DNA of 64,000 nt from Candidatus Latescibacterota bacterium (GTDB lineage Bacteria; Latescibacterota; UBA2968): assembly GCA_965116885.1 (NCBI GenBank), contig OZ220741.1:1280001-1344000 (forward strand), written 5' to 3'. The translations under genes and the position numbers were made by a program. The first letter of the stretch is position 1. Each line of letters starts with the position of its first letter. The notes under the pieces were generated by a model that was not told the origin of the DNA, ran no database searches, and saw only the letters and a program-made list of their open reading frames with translations. Shown here piece after piece: positions 47,650-60,300 of this stretch.

Positions 47650-49089
47650 ATGAATATTGTCCTCATTATCATTGATACAATGCGCTATGACTATATTGGC
47701 GCGAATGGAAATGACTGGATTGAGACGCCCAATCTCGACCGCTTGGCCGCGCAATCGTGGTGTTTTGACCGCGCTTTTGCCGCCAGCTTTCCCACTATTC
47801 CCTATCGCACGGATGTTATGACCGGAAAATACGGCAGTCCTTTTCACACCTGGAAGCCCCTGCCTTTTGACACGCGGTCTCTTCCCTCTGTGCTGGGCGA
47901 AGCGGGATACGCGACACAGCTCATTCACGATACACCCCATCTCGTCAACGGTGGGCACGCATTTGATTATCCCTTTCACACGTGGACGTTTATTCGCGGC
48001 GCAGAAGTTGACCGCGCATGGATGGACGATGAAGCGCAGTGGCCGAGCAACTGGTGCAGAGATCCTTTATTCGATGTTTTGGGCGAAGATGCGGATCTGA
48101 CAAAACACAATTACACGTATGCCCGAACCAACCGGGGACGCACAAATTTGGACGACTGGAATTGCGCGAAGTTGTTCAATACGGCAGCCCAATTCTTGCG
48201 GGATAATGCGCGGCGGGAAAATTTCTTTCTCTGGATTGATTGCTTTGATCCCCACGAACCGTGGGACGTGCCCCCGGCTTTTATGTGCAAATACGACAAG
48301 ACCCCGGGTTACGATGGACGGCTTGACCCTCGCGCTTTTCAGGGGTCGCGCAACAATCCCAATTTGCCCGATGAAGCCAGGGCTCGCATGAAAGCGAGTT
48401 ACGCGGCCAAGGTCACCTGGATGGATCACTGCTTTGGGCGGTTTCTCGAAGCTTTTGACGCCACTGGTTTGAGCAAAAATACCGCGATTATCGTCGCGGG
48501 CGATCACGGTACTAATGTAGGTGAGCGCGGGCGCTTTGGCAAGTCCGCGCCTGTGTACGAGCAGGAAATCCACATTCCGCTCATTATCAAAACGCCCGAA
48601 GATGACGGGGGACGCAGTTCAGCTATTTTTCAACCCCAGGATTTTTTCGCTACTGTTGCCAACCTGGCCGGTGCGTCCGTTCCGGGGGACATAGACAGTC
48701 AGGATATCCTCACCGCCGCACGAGAAGGGAGTGCAGGGGTGCGACAACTCGCGCTGGCTGGCACTGCCCGGGGGTGGGCAAAACAGCGTGGGTTTTTCAC
48801 TGTTTTCGACCAGGATGGGTACCTGGAATGGCAACCCGAGGCAGCAGACTGCATGCTCACGCCTTATGGGTCGCTGGATAACACGGCGGCGGAACATCCC
48901 GACCGCGTCCAGAACCTGCATGCCGCTGGTCTTTCTGAACTCGAGCGCCGAGGTGCTGATCCCCTATTGATCGCTTGGCTCAAAAATGGCGCAGAGGGCC
49001 AGGTGCCTCAGAATTGCCGCCTTTTCGATGGCTGGCCCGGGCCAGAAGGGTTCCAGACCTATTTTGCGAGGGCTTATGGGGGGGCGTGA
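47650..49089 (+). CDS. Sulfatase/alkaline-phosphatase superfamily hydrolase with Thr at the nucleophile position
   Basis: IIDTMRYD, TPNLD, TIPYR, DPHEPW, GDHG; ATG 47650 behind GGAG. Confidence 0.85.
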   Translation: MNIVLIIIDTMRYDYIGANGNDWIETPNLDRLAAQSWCFDRAFAASFPTIPYRTDVMTGKYGSPFHTWKPLPFDTRSLPSVLGEAGYATQLIHDTPHLVNGGHAFDYPFHTWTFIRGAEVDRAWMDDEAQWPSNWCRDPLFDVLGEDADLTKHNYTYARTNRGRTNLDDWNCAKLFNTAAQFLRDNARRENFFLWIDCFDPHEPWDVPPAFMCKYDKTPGYDGRLDPRAFQGSRNNPNLPDEARARMKASYAAKVTWMDHCFGRFLEAFDATGLSKNTAIIVAGDHGTNVGERGRFGKSAPVYEQEIHIPLIIKTPEDDGGRSSAIFQPQDFFATVANLAGASVPGDIDSQDILTAAREGSAGVRQLALAGTARGWAKQRGFFTVFDQDGYLEWQPEAADCMLTPYGSLDNTAAEHPDRVQNLHAAGLSELERRGADPLLIAWLKNGAEGQVPQNCRLFDGWPGPEGFQTYFARAYGGA

Positions 49090-50825
49090 TGGTGTGCTTT
49101 CACACGCACGGTTACAATATCCGTGTCGTGATATTGCTGGTGGCGCACAGATGACGCGAGATGTCTCAATAGCCGAAGTGAAACTTCTCGCTCACTGGAC
49201 AATTCGTCCGCCTGCTCGCTGAGCAACGCAATCTGATCCTGAAGATTTTCCTCTCCGGATGCGACAACGAACTCGAGGACTGCGTCGCCTTCTTCTCTGT
49301 GCGCGGTAAGGCGCAAGCGCCGTCGGTCGTGTTCTTCTTCATCTTGCGGGATGAGTGTCAGCAATGTTTCCTCAGCGGCGGCGTCCAGGCGGTTCGCCAT
49401 TGCTGTGTCCCAATTATTGCGGGATGCGAATGCGCTGAGAAAGTCTCTGATTTTTGGCAGGGCAGAAATATCGAACTCGGTCTCTATCCGGCTGCGGCGA
49501 GGCTCTGTTAGTTCCACGAATATCGTCATGAGGATGGCTGTGAAACCGCCCGCGCTCATCCCATTCTCTAAAAGACCACCTGCAAATTTCGAGATGTATT
49601 CGGGAAATATCAGGCCGCTCTGGAAGCTAACTCCTACAAAGAACGCGATGCCGACGATCATGCCGTTGCGATAGTCGATGCCATCCTGAACGAGTATCTT
49701 TATTCCGACTACGAGGAGTGCTGATAGCAGTACGGTGAGATAAGCTGCGATGACGGGACCTGGTATCGCCAGGATTAGAGCGAGTACTTTCGGAAGAAAC
49801 GCCATAGCAATGAACACTACCCCGGTGGCAACCCCGACGCTGCGGGCACCCACCCCGGTGAGTTCGGTCACCGATACGCCCACCGTATAGGCTGTGTTTG
49901 GCATTGTCCCCGCGAGACCGGAAATCAGGGTACTCATACCATCCACGGTCATCGCACCCTGCACCGCCCTAAAATCCACTGCCCGGCTCTGGCGCCACGA
50001 GATGCGCTGGATGGCGACGGCACTGCTGATCGTTCGGATGGTATTGATTACGGCGACGAGTAAGAATGCCGGAAGCAGTGCCCAGAATGTCGGTCCAAAA
50101 TCGAGATCGAAGCCCGGCCATTCGTTCGTCGGCAGGCCGATCCATGAAGCCGAGGCGACGCGGCCTGTGTCGTATAGACCGAAGAAGCCGCCAATTACCG
50201 AGCCGACGACAACTCCGATGACAGGTGCCCACAGACGCAACGCCCCGGTCGCCTTTAGCGCGATGCCGCTGATGATGATTATCGTTGCAAGCGCACTCAG
50301 CGGAGCAGATAGGACCGGGGTCCCGGGTGGTGTGGCTGATAGCAGGTTCAAGATGGCTGGCATTACTGTGATCGGTATCAGCATGATGACTGTTCCAGCC
50401 ACAGTCGGTGTTAAGAGCCGCTGGAACAGTGAAAGCCGATAGGAAAGTACAAGCGGGACGAGCGATGTGATGACGACCAGAGTGGCGAGCATCGCCGGGC
50501 CGCCTTCGGCAACCGCTGTGATGCAGACCGCGATAAAGGCCGCAGAAGGCCCCATAGCGAGTATGTAACCCATACCAATTCGGCCGATGCGGACAGCTTG
50601 TAGAATTGTGGCTGCGCCGCCGACTGCGACCGCGGTACAAACGGCCCATGACAGATAGGCTTCGGTCGTACCCGCAGCGCGCATCACGACTGTTGGGATC
50701 AATATGATGCCGGCTATACTGAGAACGGCGATTTGGAAGCCAAGGCCAAGGGAGAGGGGGGCCGAGAGCCTGTCGTCGGGCTGGTAGCGGATGCGTGAAG
50801 AACCGCCGGGGTTATTGGTGCTCAT
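49074..50825 (-). CDS. NCS2 xanthine/uracil-permease-like protein with soluble C-terminal domain (SupE-like)
   Basis: Multiple TM helices, RYQPDD.L, TPTVAGTVI, IPGPVI; position in sup-type cluster. Confidence 0.8.
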   Translation of the reverse strand: MSTNNPGGSSRIRYQPDDRLSAPLSLGLGFQIAVLSIAGIILIPTVVMRAAGTTEAYLSWAVCTAVAVGGAATILQAVRIGRIGMGYILAMGPSAAFIAVCITAVAEGGPAMLATLVVITSLVPLVLSYRLSLFQRLLTPTVAGTVIMLIPITVMPAILNLLSATPPGTPVLSAPLSALATIIIISGIALKATGALRLWAPVIGVVVGSVIGGFFGLYDTGRVASASWIGLPTNEWPGFDLDFGPTFWALLPAFLLVAVINTIRTISSAVAIQRISWRQSRAVDFRAVQGAMTVDGMSTLISGLAGTMPNTAYTVGVSVTELTGVGARSVGVATGVVFIAMAFLPKVLALILAIPGPVIAAYLTVLLSALLVVGIKILVQDGIDYRNGMIVGIAFFVGVSFQSGLIFPEYISKFAGGLLENGMSAGGFTAILMTIFVELTEPRRSRIETEFDISALPKIRDFLSAFASRNNWDTAMANRLDAAAEETLLTLIPQDEEEHDRRRLRLTAHREEGDAVLEFVVASGEENLQDQIALLSEQADELSSEREVSLRLLRHLASSVRHQQYHDTDIVTVRVKAHHHAPP

Positions 50826-50854
50826 TGTGAAGAGTGAAGTATGAAGTGTGAAAT

Positions 50855-50886
50855 GGTGTACAACTGGTCGCAGTCCAGACCAGTTT
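50855..50886 (+). repeat. Hairpin element copy preceded by TGAAGNN heptamer repeats
   Basis: GGTGTACAACTGGTC-GCAGTCCA-GACCAGTTT. Confidence 0.65.
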
Positions 50887-50932
50887 ACTGTGAAGGTTGA
50901 ATAAGCGGAACCTTCATCGAATCCCCATAAAT

Positions 50933-50966
50933 CAACAGGCCCCGAATTTCCATCCAGGGCCTGTTG
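50933..50966 (-). terminator. Possible terminator downstream of the ACP gene
   Basis: CAACAGGCCC...GGGCCTGTTG stem. Confidence 0.55.
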
Positions 50967-51001
50967 TGTAAGAAGCGTACGTTCTCCGGCTGGAGAGGAT
51001 T

Positions 51002-51244
51002 TTAGTTAGCTGCGTCCAGCCGCTCAACCAGTTCCTGTACGCTTTTGACATCACCACAATCTTCAAGCGTAAATTCAACGTTGAATTCCTGTGCGACTAC
51101 TTTCGCGAACGCGACGAGATCTACGGAGGAAATCCCAGCCTCCTGGAGGCTGATGTTCAGATCATCGGGCAACGCAATTGGCTGTCCATCGACTTCCAGG
51201 TTTTCCGCGATGAGGTTTCTGATACGTTCTGCGGTTGAAGCCAT
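51002..51244 (-). CDS. Stand-alone acyl carrier protein (SupB-like)
   Basis: 80 aa, acidic, GISSVDL phosphopantetheine site, directly downstream of the PKS; AGGAG RBS. Confidence 0.88.
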   Translation of the reverse strand: MASTAERIRNLIAENLEVDGQPIALPDDLNISLQEAGISSVDLVAFAKVVAQEFNVEFTLEDCGDVKSVQELVERLDAAN

Positions 51245-51334
51245 TGTTACTCTCCTTTCGTAAGGTAGATGGTTGAAACCGAAAAGATAGTGCTCGGCAG
51301 GCGTAAAGTCAAATTTTTTTTGTGGCCGTTTTAG

Positions 51335-54300
51335 CTATTGAATCCAGTAGTGCTGACGCTGGAATGGATAGCTCGGCAGCGAGATGCGGCGGCGCGTTTC
51401 TCCCGCAAATAGCCCGGGAAATGAGACCGAAAGTCCCGCTTCATACGCTTTTGCTACTGCTTCTATAAAACCGTTGTCTCCCAGACTCGACAATACAACG
51501 GGTGGATTCGCGTCGCCTTCTATCGGTCCCGGCACCGCGTTCGGGCCGATCTCGATGAGCACATTGACCCCCAGATTCACAAGCTTCTTCGCGCATTTGT
51601 CGAATGCCGTCGGTTCCTGAGGTTGCCGACGCCAATACGCCGCGTCGAGGACTTCGACGCCCCCTGTCACACTGCTCACAAGGACCAGAGATGGCGATGC
51701 GATTGTGACGTCTGTGAGGGTGGCTTCCAGATTGCCCGTATCCCATTCCAGTGCAACCCGCAATCCATCCTCCAGGCTAAAGACGCCCGCCGCTTGCGCC
51801 GCTGCAATTTCTCCTATACCGTGCCCGACCACCACGCTGGGCTGAATCCCCACGCTCGACCACAATGCCGTAAGCGCGGACTCCATTGCATAGATGGCTG
51901 GCAGGTCAGATAGATCGCCGGTCTGGCCGAACATCGCGTCCAGCAAGGAGGTGTTTCTCTCTTCCCGAAGTACTTTGTCGCAACGGTCCAGAACGGCTCG
52001 GACTACCGGCTCGCTTTCGTAGAGGTCTTTCCCCATGCCGATCCACTGGCTGCCCTGTCCGGTGTACGCAAAGGCGATTTTTGTCGTTGCGCGCAGTTCT
52101 GGTCTTTCTCCTATTTCTGAGAGTGCCTGTAGTTTTTCTCGCAGCGATTCGACATCCTGGAATACGATGCCCGCACGGTGATCGAAATGGCTGCGTCCCA
52201 CGCCCGCTGTCCACGCCATGTCGGCAAGCAGGTCCACATCTTCGGAGGCAAGCTCATTGATCCAGGACAGATAGCGTCCTGTCAGGTCTCGAAGTGCTTC
52301 ATCGGTTTTTCCCGATAGGGGCAGAAGCCGGGTCTGGCGCGGGGCGAACGCTTCTTCCTCGCCTATGAGATCTACCGACTGGGAAACGGGTTGTGCTGAT
52401 CCCACAGGCGTTGTATCCGGGCTGTCATATCCTTCTACGACAACATGGGCATTTGTCCCCGATATCCCGAAGGCGCTGACTCCCGCTCGCGGCGGGCGAT
52501 TGGGATGGCTGGGCCAGTCCGTCAGGGCTGATGCCACTTGCACTGGTAACCGGTTCCAGTCTATATGCGGACTCGGTTCCTCAAAGTGCAGGTGCTTTGG
52601 TATCTTCCCCTGTTTCATGGCGAGTACTGCCTTGATCAGGGCTGCAACGCCAGCAGCTGGCTCCAGGTGACCGATGTTTGTTTTTACGGAGCCGATCAAA
52701 AGCGGGCGGTCTGCTTCGCGGCCCTTGCCGTAAACAGCAGCCGCTGCCTGAATTTCGATCGGGTCTCCCAACTCCGACCCACCCCCGTGGGCTTCCAGAT
52801 AATCTACTTCTGATGGAACGATACCCGCTCGCGACAGTGCCTCTTCAATTACTCGCTCCTGCGCTGGCCCGTTTGGCACGGTTGGTCCCGCGCTGGCCCC
52901 GTTCTGGTTGACCGCAGACCCGCGGATCACGCCCCAGATGCGGTCGCCATCGGCTTCTGCCTCGCTCAGCCGTTTGAGGACGACCATCCCACAGCCCTCG
53001 CCGCGCGTGAAGCCATCCGCAGAGGCATCAAAGGGCCTGCTCTGTCCCTCTCGTGACAACATGCCCAGGTCCGCCATTTCTCTGGTTAAATCAGGTGACA
53101 GAACTGCGTGTGTCCCTCCAACCAGAGCCATATCTACTTCGCCCTGCCGCAATCCCATCACTGCCTGGTGTACCGCGACCAGTGATGACGCGCAGTTGAG
53201 TTCCACCGGTATCGTCGGTCCCTCCAGACCAAGGAGAAAAGAAATTCGCCCGACCGTCATGCTCGCGGCAGTGCCCAGATAACTGATGCCGTATTCGCTG
53301 GCTGTCATCAGGTCCCGGTATTCGCTGGTGGCGATGCCGGCGTATAGCCCAGTGCGGCTGCCTCTCAATACGTCTGGATCCATCCCCGCATCCTCAATCG
53401 CTTGCCAGGTCGTCTCCAGCATCATGCGTTGCCGCGGGTCCATCAGGCGCGCCTCAATCGGCGAAATCCGAAAGAATCTCGCGTCAAATTGATCAATGCC
53501 CTCAACAAATCCGCCCCGGCGATAAGCGGCGTATTTGGAGGGAAGGTCTTTGGCGAGATTGTTCCATGATCCGGGATCCTGGCGTCCGTCGGTCACCGCG
53601 TCCACTCCTGCTTCGAGCTGGTGCCAGAAGGTGGAAAGATCCGAAGCGCCGGGGAAGTGGCAGGCCATGCCCACGATCGCAATACCGTCATCCTCGCGCT
53701 GCACTATTGGTTCTGGTTCGGGTTGCACCTGAGGCTGAGGGGCGGGCGCATCGCTGACTTCGCCGAGTTCCTCGACCAGATGGCGGGCGAGACTGGCGAT
53801 GTCCGGGTAGTCAAATACCACGGTGTTGGGGACCACGTACTCATCGGCAAATGCCCGGTTCAGGCGATTCCGCAACTCTACCGCCATCAGCGAGTCCATC
53901 CCCAAATCGAAAAATCCCACTGTGGGTTCCGGCGCTGTCGGCAACCTCAGCACGGCCTGTACCTCCTGCTGCAGGAAGGATACAAGCAGGTCCTCGGGTG
54001 CCGCTGCAGGTGCCTCTCGCAGTTGGGAAAGCAGGTCCTTTGACGAGGCCGAGGCGTCGGCTTCGTCGTCCGCATCGGCGGACAGCAAGTCCTCCAGGAA
54101 GAGAGGACGATCTTCGACCGCCTCTTCGAACACCGACCAGTCCATCGACATCACCACGGAAGTCGTGGCGTCCTGACGCACCAGTTGATCGAATGCCCGG
54201 ATACCCTGCTGTGGGGTGAACCAGCGGCCGCCGAGCGCTGACCGCTGTTGGTCAATCCGCTCCCGCTGTTCCGCTGCTTCGCCGATCTCCGACCACGCTC

Positions 54301-57300
54301 CCCAGGCTATGGCCTGCCCGGGCAACCCCATCGCGCGGCGGTGCCCGGCGAGTTGATCCAGAAAAGCATTGGCTGAGGCGTGGTTTGCCTGGCCCGGATT
54401 GCCCATGACGCCAACCCGGCTCGAAAAGAGGACAAACATGTCCAGATCGCGATCCAAAGTCGCCCGATGCAGATGCCAGGCACCCAGTACCTTTGGCCAC
54501 AGAACGGTTTCGAATCGCTCCCAACTCTGGTTGGTCAGCGCGCCGTCCGACAGCACGCCCACGCTGTGGATCACGCCTCCGAGCGGCGGTAGCGTCTCAT
54601 CTATCCGCGCTATCATCTCATCTATTGCGACGGCATCCGTCACGTTTGCGATCTCTACCTGCACTTTCACACCGCGTTCCCGCAGCCTGTGGATCACCTC
54701 CTCAGCCTCGGGGTCCGGTGCCCGGCGTCCGTTTAGTGCTATTGCGCCCGCACCGCGATCCGCCAGCCAGTCTGCTACGGCGCATCCGATCCCACCCAGA
54801 CCACCCGTTACCAAATAGGTGCGGTCCTGTCGCAACTTGCCCTTCAGGATCGGTGGTGTCGTTACGACGATCTTTCCTATGTGCCGGGCGGCGCGCATGA
54901 AGCTCAACGCGGCGCCAGCTTCGGCGAGCGGCCACCTGCTGTGGGTGATTGTTTTCAGTTCTCCCGACGAAAGGCGCGCCATTACGTCCCGCAGGACTCT
55001 TCCCACCCACGCCGGGTCGGTTTTTTTCAGAACATCTAATTCCAGGATGTCGTAGGCCACGTCTGGACGCACAGCCGCCATCTCTTCCTCGCTCAAGATG
55101 TCCCGCCTGGCCAATTCCACGAATCGGCCGCCGTGCTTGAGGCAGGACAGGCTCGCGTCGATGAAGCCCTCTCCAGTGAGGCTGTTCAGCACCACATTGA
55201 TGCCCTCTCCATTTGTAGCTTCGAGAATCTCTTTTCCAAATGCTGTCTGGCGGCTGTCGAAGATGTGTTCCACGCCCAGTGATCGGAGATATGCCTGCTT
55301 TGGCGCGCTCGCGGTGGCAAAGACCTCCGCGCCCGCGGCTTGTACCAATTGGATTGCCGCCAATCCCACACCGCCCGAACCCGCGTGAATCAGTACCCGA
55401 TCGCCGGCCTCCAGTCCCGAGAGTTCGAAAGACAGTGCGGCGGATACGAATGCGCTCGGCACCGTGGCAAGTCCAGTGACCGAGAATCCCGATGGTGCGG
55501 GCGCCACCAACTCTTCTCGCGTGACCATTTGCGCCCCGAATGCCCCAAATCCCAATCCAACCACATGGTCGCCGACGGAAATGGTCGAGACATCGGAACC
55601 CACTTCGAGGATGTAACCGCACATCTCCCTGCCCAGATTCCCCTCCTCAATAAAGCCGAGTGAACGAAACACATCCCAGAAATTGAGCCCGGAGGCTTCG
55701 ACTGCGACGCGAACTTCGCGCGGTTCGAGAGAAGGTGCCGGTAGCGGCTGGACATACGGTCTCTCGAACACGCCGTCCGGATCCGGAGCCAGCACCCATT
55801 CCGACTCTTCCGGCAAGGTCAGGCGCTCTACTCCGGCGCCCATCCGAATCAGGCGGGCTACGCGGCGGGCATCCCCGCGGTACGCGATGTGATTCTCGGG
55901 ATCGGGATATAAGAGTTCATTGACGAGGTCGGGTGCCGGTGCCATCTCGCCGGGGTCCAGATCGATCATCCTCGGCTGTAGATGCGCCGCTTCTCGGGCT
56001 ACTGCTTTGCCGAAGCCCCAGAGTGCTGCGCCAGCGAGTTCTCCGCCTCGCTCTCGCTCCAACACCTGCGCTCCGCGCGTGATAAACCACACGCCCTTTT
56101 CAGGTGTCACATCGGAATCAGAGACGCCCTGTACCAATGCCAGTGCGCTCGCTCCCGCTCGTCGTACATCCTCCGCTATTTCTCCGGTCGTTGCCTCTGC
56201 CCCGTGACCATCCAGAGCCGCGAGATGCACAACGCCGCTGAGCGGCACATTGTCCGGCAGTTCCTTAAGGAGCGATCGCCACGACTCGCGTTGCTCCATA
56301 TCTATGGTTTTTCTGATAACTTCAGAGCCTTCCTCCACCTGCGGGTCATCGCTGCAGGCCAGCACGACCGTCTGGTTTTGCGCCGCGAGTTCTGCTGCGA
56401 GTTCTGCCGCCGCGCCTCCCTGGTCTGCAGCCAGAACCCACGCGCCTCCCTGCTCTGCCACCACCGCTGGCCCCTGCGCCACGATCACGCCCTTATCCAG
56501 CATCCTGGTGGAATCGGACTCATCTACTCCCAGGACTTCTACTTCCTCAAAGCCCACATTGCCGAGCGCCCCCCGCCACACCACAGGCCCGGCGAGGGCG
56601 TGGTGCGGGCGGAAACTGTCGGCAAATCGCCACCAGCCGTCCAACTGTCCGAAAGTCAGGTCCATCCAACCCAGACCGCGAAGGTTCTCGAGAGCAATTA
56701 ACTGTCCCGATGGCGCGAGAAGGTCACGACAGTGCGCGAGCGTTTCCTCTAGGTATCGCGTGGCGTGTAGCACATTAGACGCGATCAGCAAGTCATAACC
56801 ATGGGCGTCAAAGCCCTGGGCGATCGGGTCCTTCTCGATATCCAACGGACGGTACTCGATGCACCCTCCGCCATCGCCGAATCGCGCCTCGGCTTCTGCA
56901 AAGAAGCCCGCAGAAATATCCGTGTACATGTAGTCGAATCGTCCTTCCGGAAGTTCTGGCAATACGGACGCGGTCGCCGATCCCGTACCCGCTCCGACCT
57001 CGATCACTCTGAGGCGTCGTCCCTCTGGCAACGCGGCTACGAGTGCTCGCACCGCGTCTCCCAGCATACGGTTCGCCGCTCGCGCCACGGGTGCTTTCAG
57101 ATATAGATCGGCCGCGGTCGGTTCTCCGCTACTAAACAGAAGTGTCAGCGGATCCTCGTGACCGCGAAGCACCTCGGCCAGAGCGCTACCAGATCGCCGA
57201 AACAGCCCGATCTCGGTCAAGCCGTGCGGGTATAGCCCGGTCATCCGGGTGGCAAATTCCTCAAGATCTCCAGGCATTTCTTTCGGCAATGGATCCTCGG

Positions 57301-60300
57301 GTCCTACGACTACGACAAAGCCATCGCCCGCCTCCTCTAAAACCCCCGATTTGGCGAGCATTTCGAGCATTCGGCGGAAGAGGCGCTTGTGTTCCTCCGT
57401 GACCTGCAGGCGTTGTCGCAAGTCTTCGGGATCCACGGTCTCGCCTGCCCTGCGCTGCCAACCCAGCTCTTTTAGTGTCGCAAGGGCGCGGGACCACGAC
57501 CACCGCTCCAGGTCCGCGAGCAGAGCGTCCCTGCCTTCGGGATCAACGCCCGCATCCGTCAGGTAACCAGCGAACGACTGCGAACTCTCCGCGACAGTTG
57601 TCGGACCTGGGAAGAAATCCGCAGGTGTTATTCCGGGTGGAAGATCGCGCTCGCGCCACACCACCTCGTACAGGAGGTCCTTCACCCCTTCGACTGCCGA
57701 GAGCAGTGCTTCCTGCGTCGCCCGCTTCACTGTGTACCCACTCAGGCGGCCAAGCGGAACGCCGTTTAGATCGTAGATGTTCAGTTCACCGCTCAGGACT
57801 TCCGGAGGTTCGTCCGTTTCCAGTCCCTGAGAAGCCTCACTCAAGCGCACGTGACAGACGACCCGGTCCGGTAGCCGTCCCGTCAGCCACAGCCGCTCCC
57901 AGCCAAACGGCAGATATGTGGTTTCGCTCCCGGACCCCTCCAGGTTACGCGCCGCACCCACGACCTGAAAACAACCGTCCAGGACGAGCGGATGGACATC
58001 CAGTCCGTGTCCGGTCAGGGTTTCCGGCAGAGACACCTCGCCCAACGCCTCGCCCGCCCGGGACCAGACCTTCCCCAGCGTGCGGAAGAATGGACCGAGA
58101 TCGACCCCGGTACTCGCTCTGTGGCGGTAGTAGTCCGCTACGTCCATCGGCGACAGGCCAGCCTTGAGACTTTCCAGATCGATCCTCTCACCTGCTTCCG
58201 GTATAGGGACACCCGATGACACGCGACCCTCCACGTGTACCGTCCATTCCCCTTCACTCCCTTTGCTGAATATCTGGACTTCGCGCGACGATGCCTGCTC
58301 AGAGGCGTCGAGCGCGACCTGCATCTTCCTGCCTTCTTCATCGTTCCCATCTTCCTCCTCGAAGACCATTGCGTTGTGTAGTTGCAGGTCCTCCACGGCT
58401 ACTGATCCGCTCTCTTCGAGGAACGCCGCCGCGCACGCCATGGCTCCGTAGAGCGCGCCGGGCGCCACGATCCGGCCGAATACCTTGTGGTCGTTCAGAT
58501 AGGATGGATCCGAGGGAAACACTTCTGTCTCGAAGGTGATTTCTCCTCGGGCTGATTCGTGCCGGGCACCCAGCAGCGGATGGTCGGAACTCCGGCGCTG
58601 ACGCTTCGGTGGCTCAAGCCAGTGGTGTTTGCGCTGGAATGGATAGCTGGGCAGCGAGATTCGCCGCCGCGTCTCCCCTGCGAAGAGTCCCGCGAAACGA
58701 ATCGGGAGTCCCGCCTGGTATGCCTGTGCAATCGCCCCCACGAAACCGTCGGCGCTTTCGGTCTCCGCTGCGTTGTCCGATGGCGGAGAGAGGCTCGACA
58801 GCACTACCGGCGCCGGTGTCTGCGGCGACTCTGGCCAGGCGGAGGCCGCCATTGGAGCCAGCACGGATCGCGGGCCGATTTCCAGCACCACATCTACCCC
58901 GAGATCCGCCAATGTCTTCACCCCCTGGGCGAATGCCACAGGCTCCCGGGCATGCCGTCTCCAGTAGGCTCCGTCCTGTGTCTGGCCCGGTTCTACGGCA
59001 CTACCTGTCAGGTTGCTGACCACGGTAAGAGCAGGAGGCTGGATCGCCACGCCGTTGAGGGACGCCTCCAGTTCGTCCAGGATAGGCTCAACAAGGGCGC
59101 TGTGGAACGCTTTGGCTGTATTCAGTCGCCTGACCCGTATGCCTTCCTGTTCGAATCGCTTTGAGATCGCTTCAATTTGCGCAATTGGGCCGCTGACCAC
59201 TTGGTGGGTACCGTTGTATCCCGAGATGCTCAACCCGACAGCAGAGGAGGCTGCGTTTACTTCCTCCAACACCAGTGCCACGCGATCTGCTGGTGCGAAG
59301 ACCGCGGCCATGCCGCCCTCTTCCATCTGCGACATCAGCGCGCCCCGTAAGGCGGCGAACCGCATCCCATCCTCCAGGCTGAACACGCCTGCCGCCTGCG
59401 ACGCCGCGAGTTCCCCGATGCTGTGTCCGACGACCACATCGGGACGGATGCCGACGCTCGACCAGAGCGCTGTCAGTGCGCATCCCAGCGCGTAGAGTGC
59501 AGGCTGCTCCCACGCCGTGTCGCCGAGGTCCTCTTCTCCTTCGGACCGACCGAACATCACGTCCAAAAGCGAGGTGCCTCTTTCCCGAAGAAGGACTGCC
59601 TCGCAGCGGTCCAGAACCGCCCGTGCCACTGGCTCGCGCTCGTAAAGCTCCTGTCCCATGCCGACCCACTGGCTTCCCTGTCCGGTGTAGGCGAACGCCA
59701 CCCGGGTGGGTGTCCGCGACGACGCGCCCCCATCTGCTTCACTTAGATCACGGAGGCGCTCTCGCAGCGATTCCGCGTCGTGGAAGACAATGCCCGCGCG
59801 GTGATCGAAGTGGCTTCGTCCAATGCCCGCTGTCCACGCCATGTCCGCAAGTATTGCCTCATCTTCTTCGGCGTGTTCGTCGAGCCATGAAAGGTACCGA
59901 CCCGCTATGTCCCGAAGTGCCCCATCGGATTTTCCCGACAGCGGAAGGAGACGGATCCGGCGTGGCTGGACCTCCTGCTCCTGCAGCGGCAGATCCCCCA
60001 TGGTCGCCGGTAGCGAGACTGCCACTGACTTCGCGGAGCCAACAGCTGTAGATGCACTGTCTGAGGCCCGGTATTCCTCCATTACAATGTGGGCATTTGT
60101 CCCGGATATTCCGAAGGAGTTCACTCCCGCGAGTCGCGGTCGGTCGGGACGGTGCGGCAAGTCCATCATTGACGATGTCACCTTCAGCGGCAGACGGTCC
60201 CAGTCGAGACTCGGGTTGGGATTCTGGAAATGGAGGTGTTTTGGAATCACACCCCGCTTCAGTACCAGCGCGGCTTTGATCACTCCGGCTACGCCCGCGG

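Noticed and set aside
52140..59850. Near-identical nucleotide stretches at about 52140-52230 and 59765-59850
   Set aside because: Explained by the internal KS-AT duplication within the PKS, not a mobile repeat.
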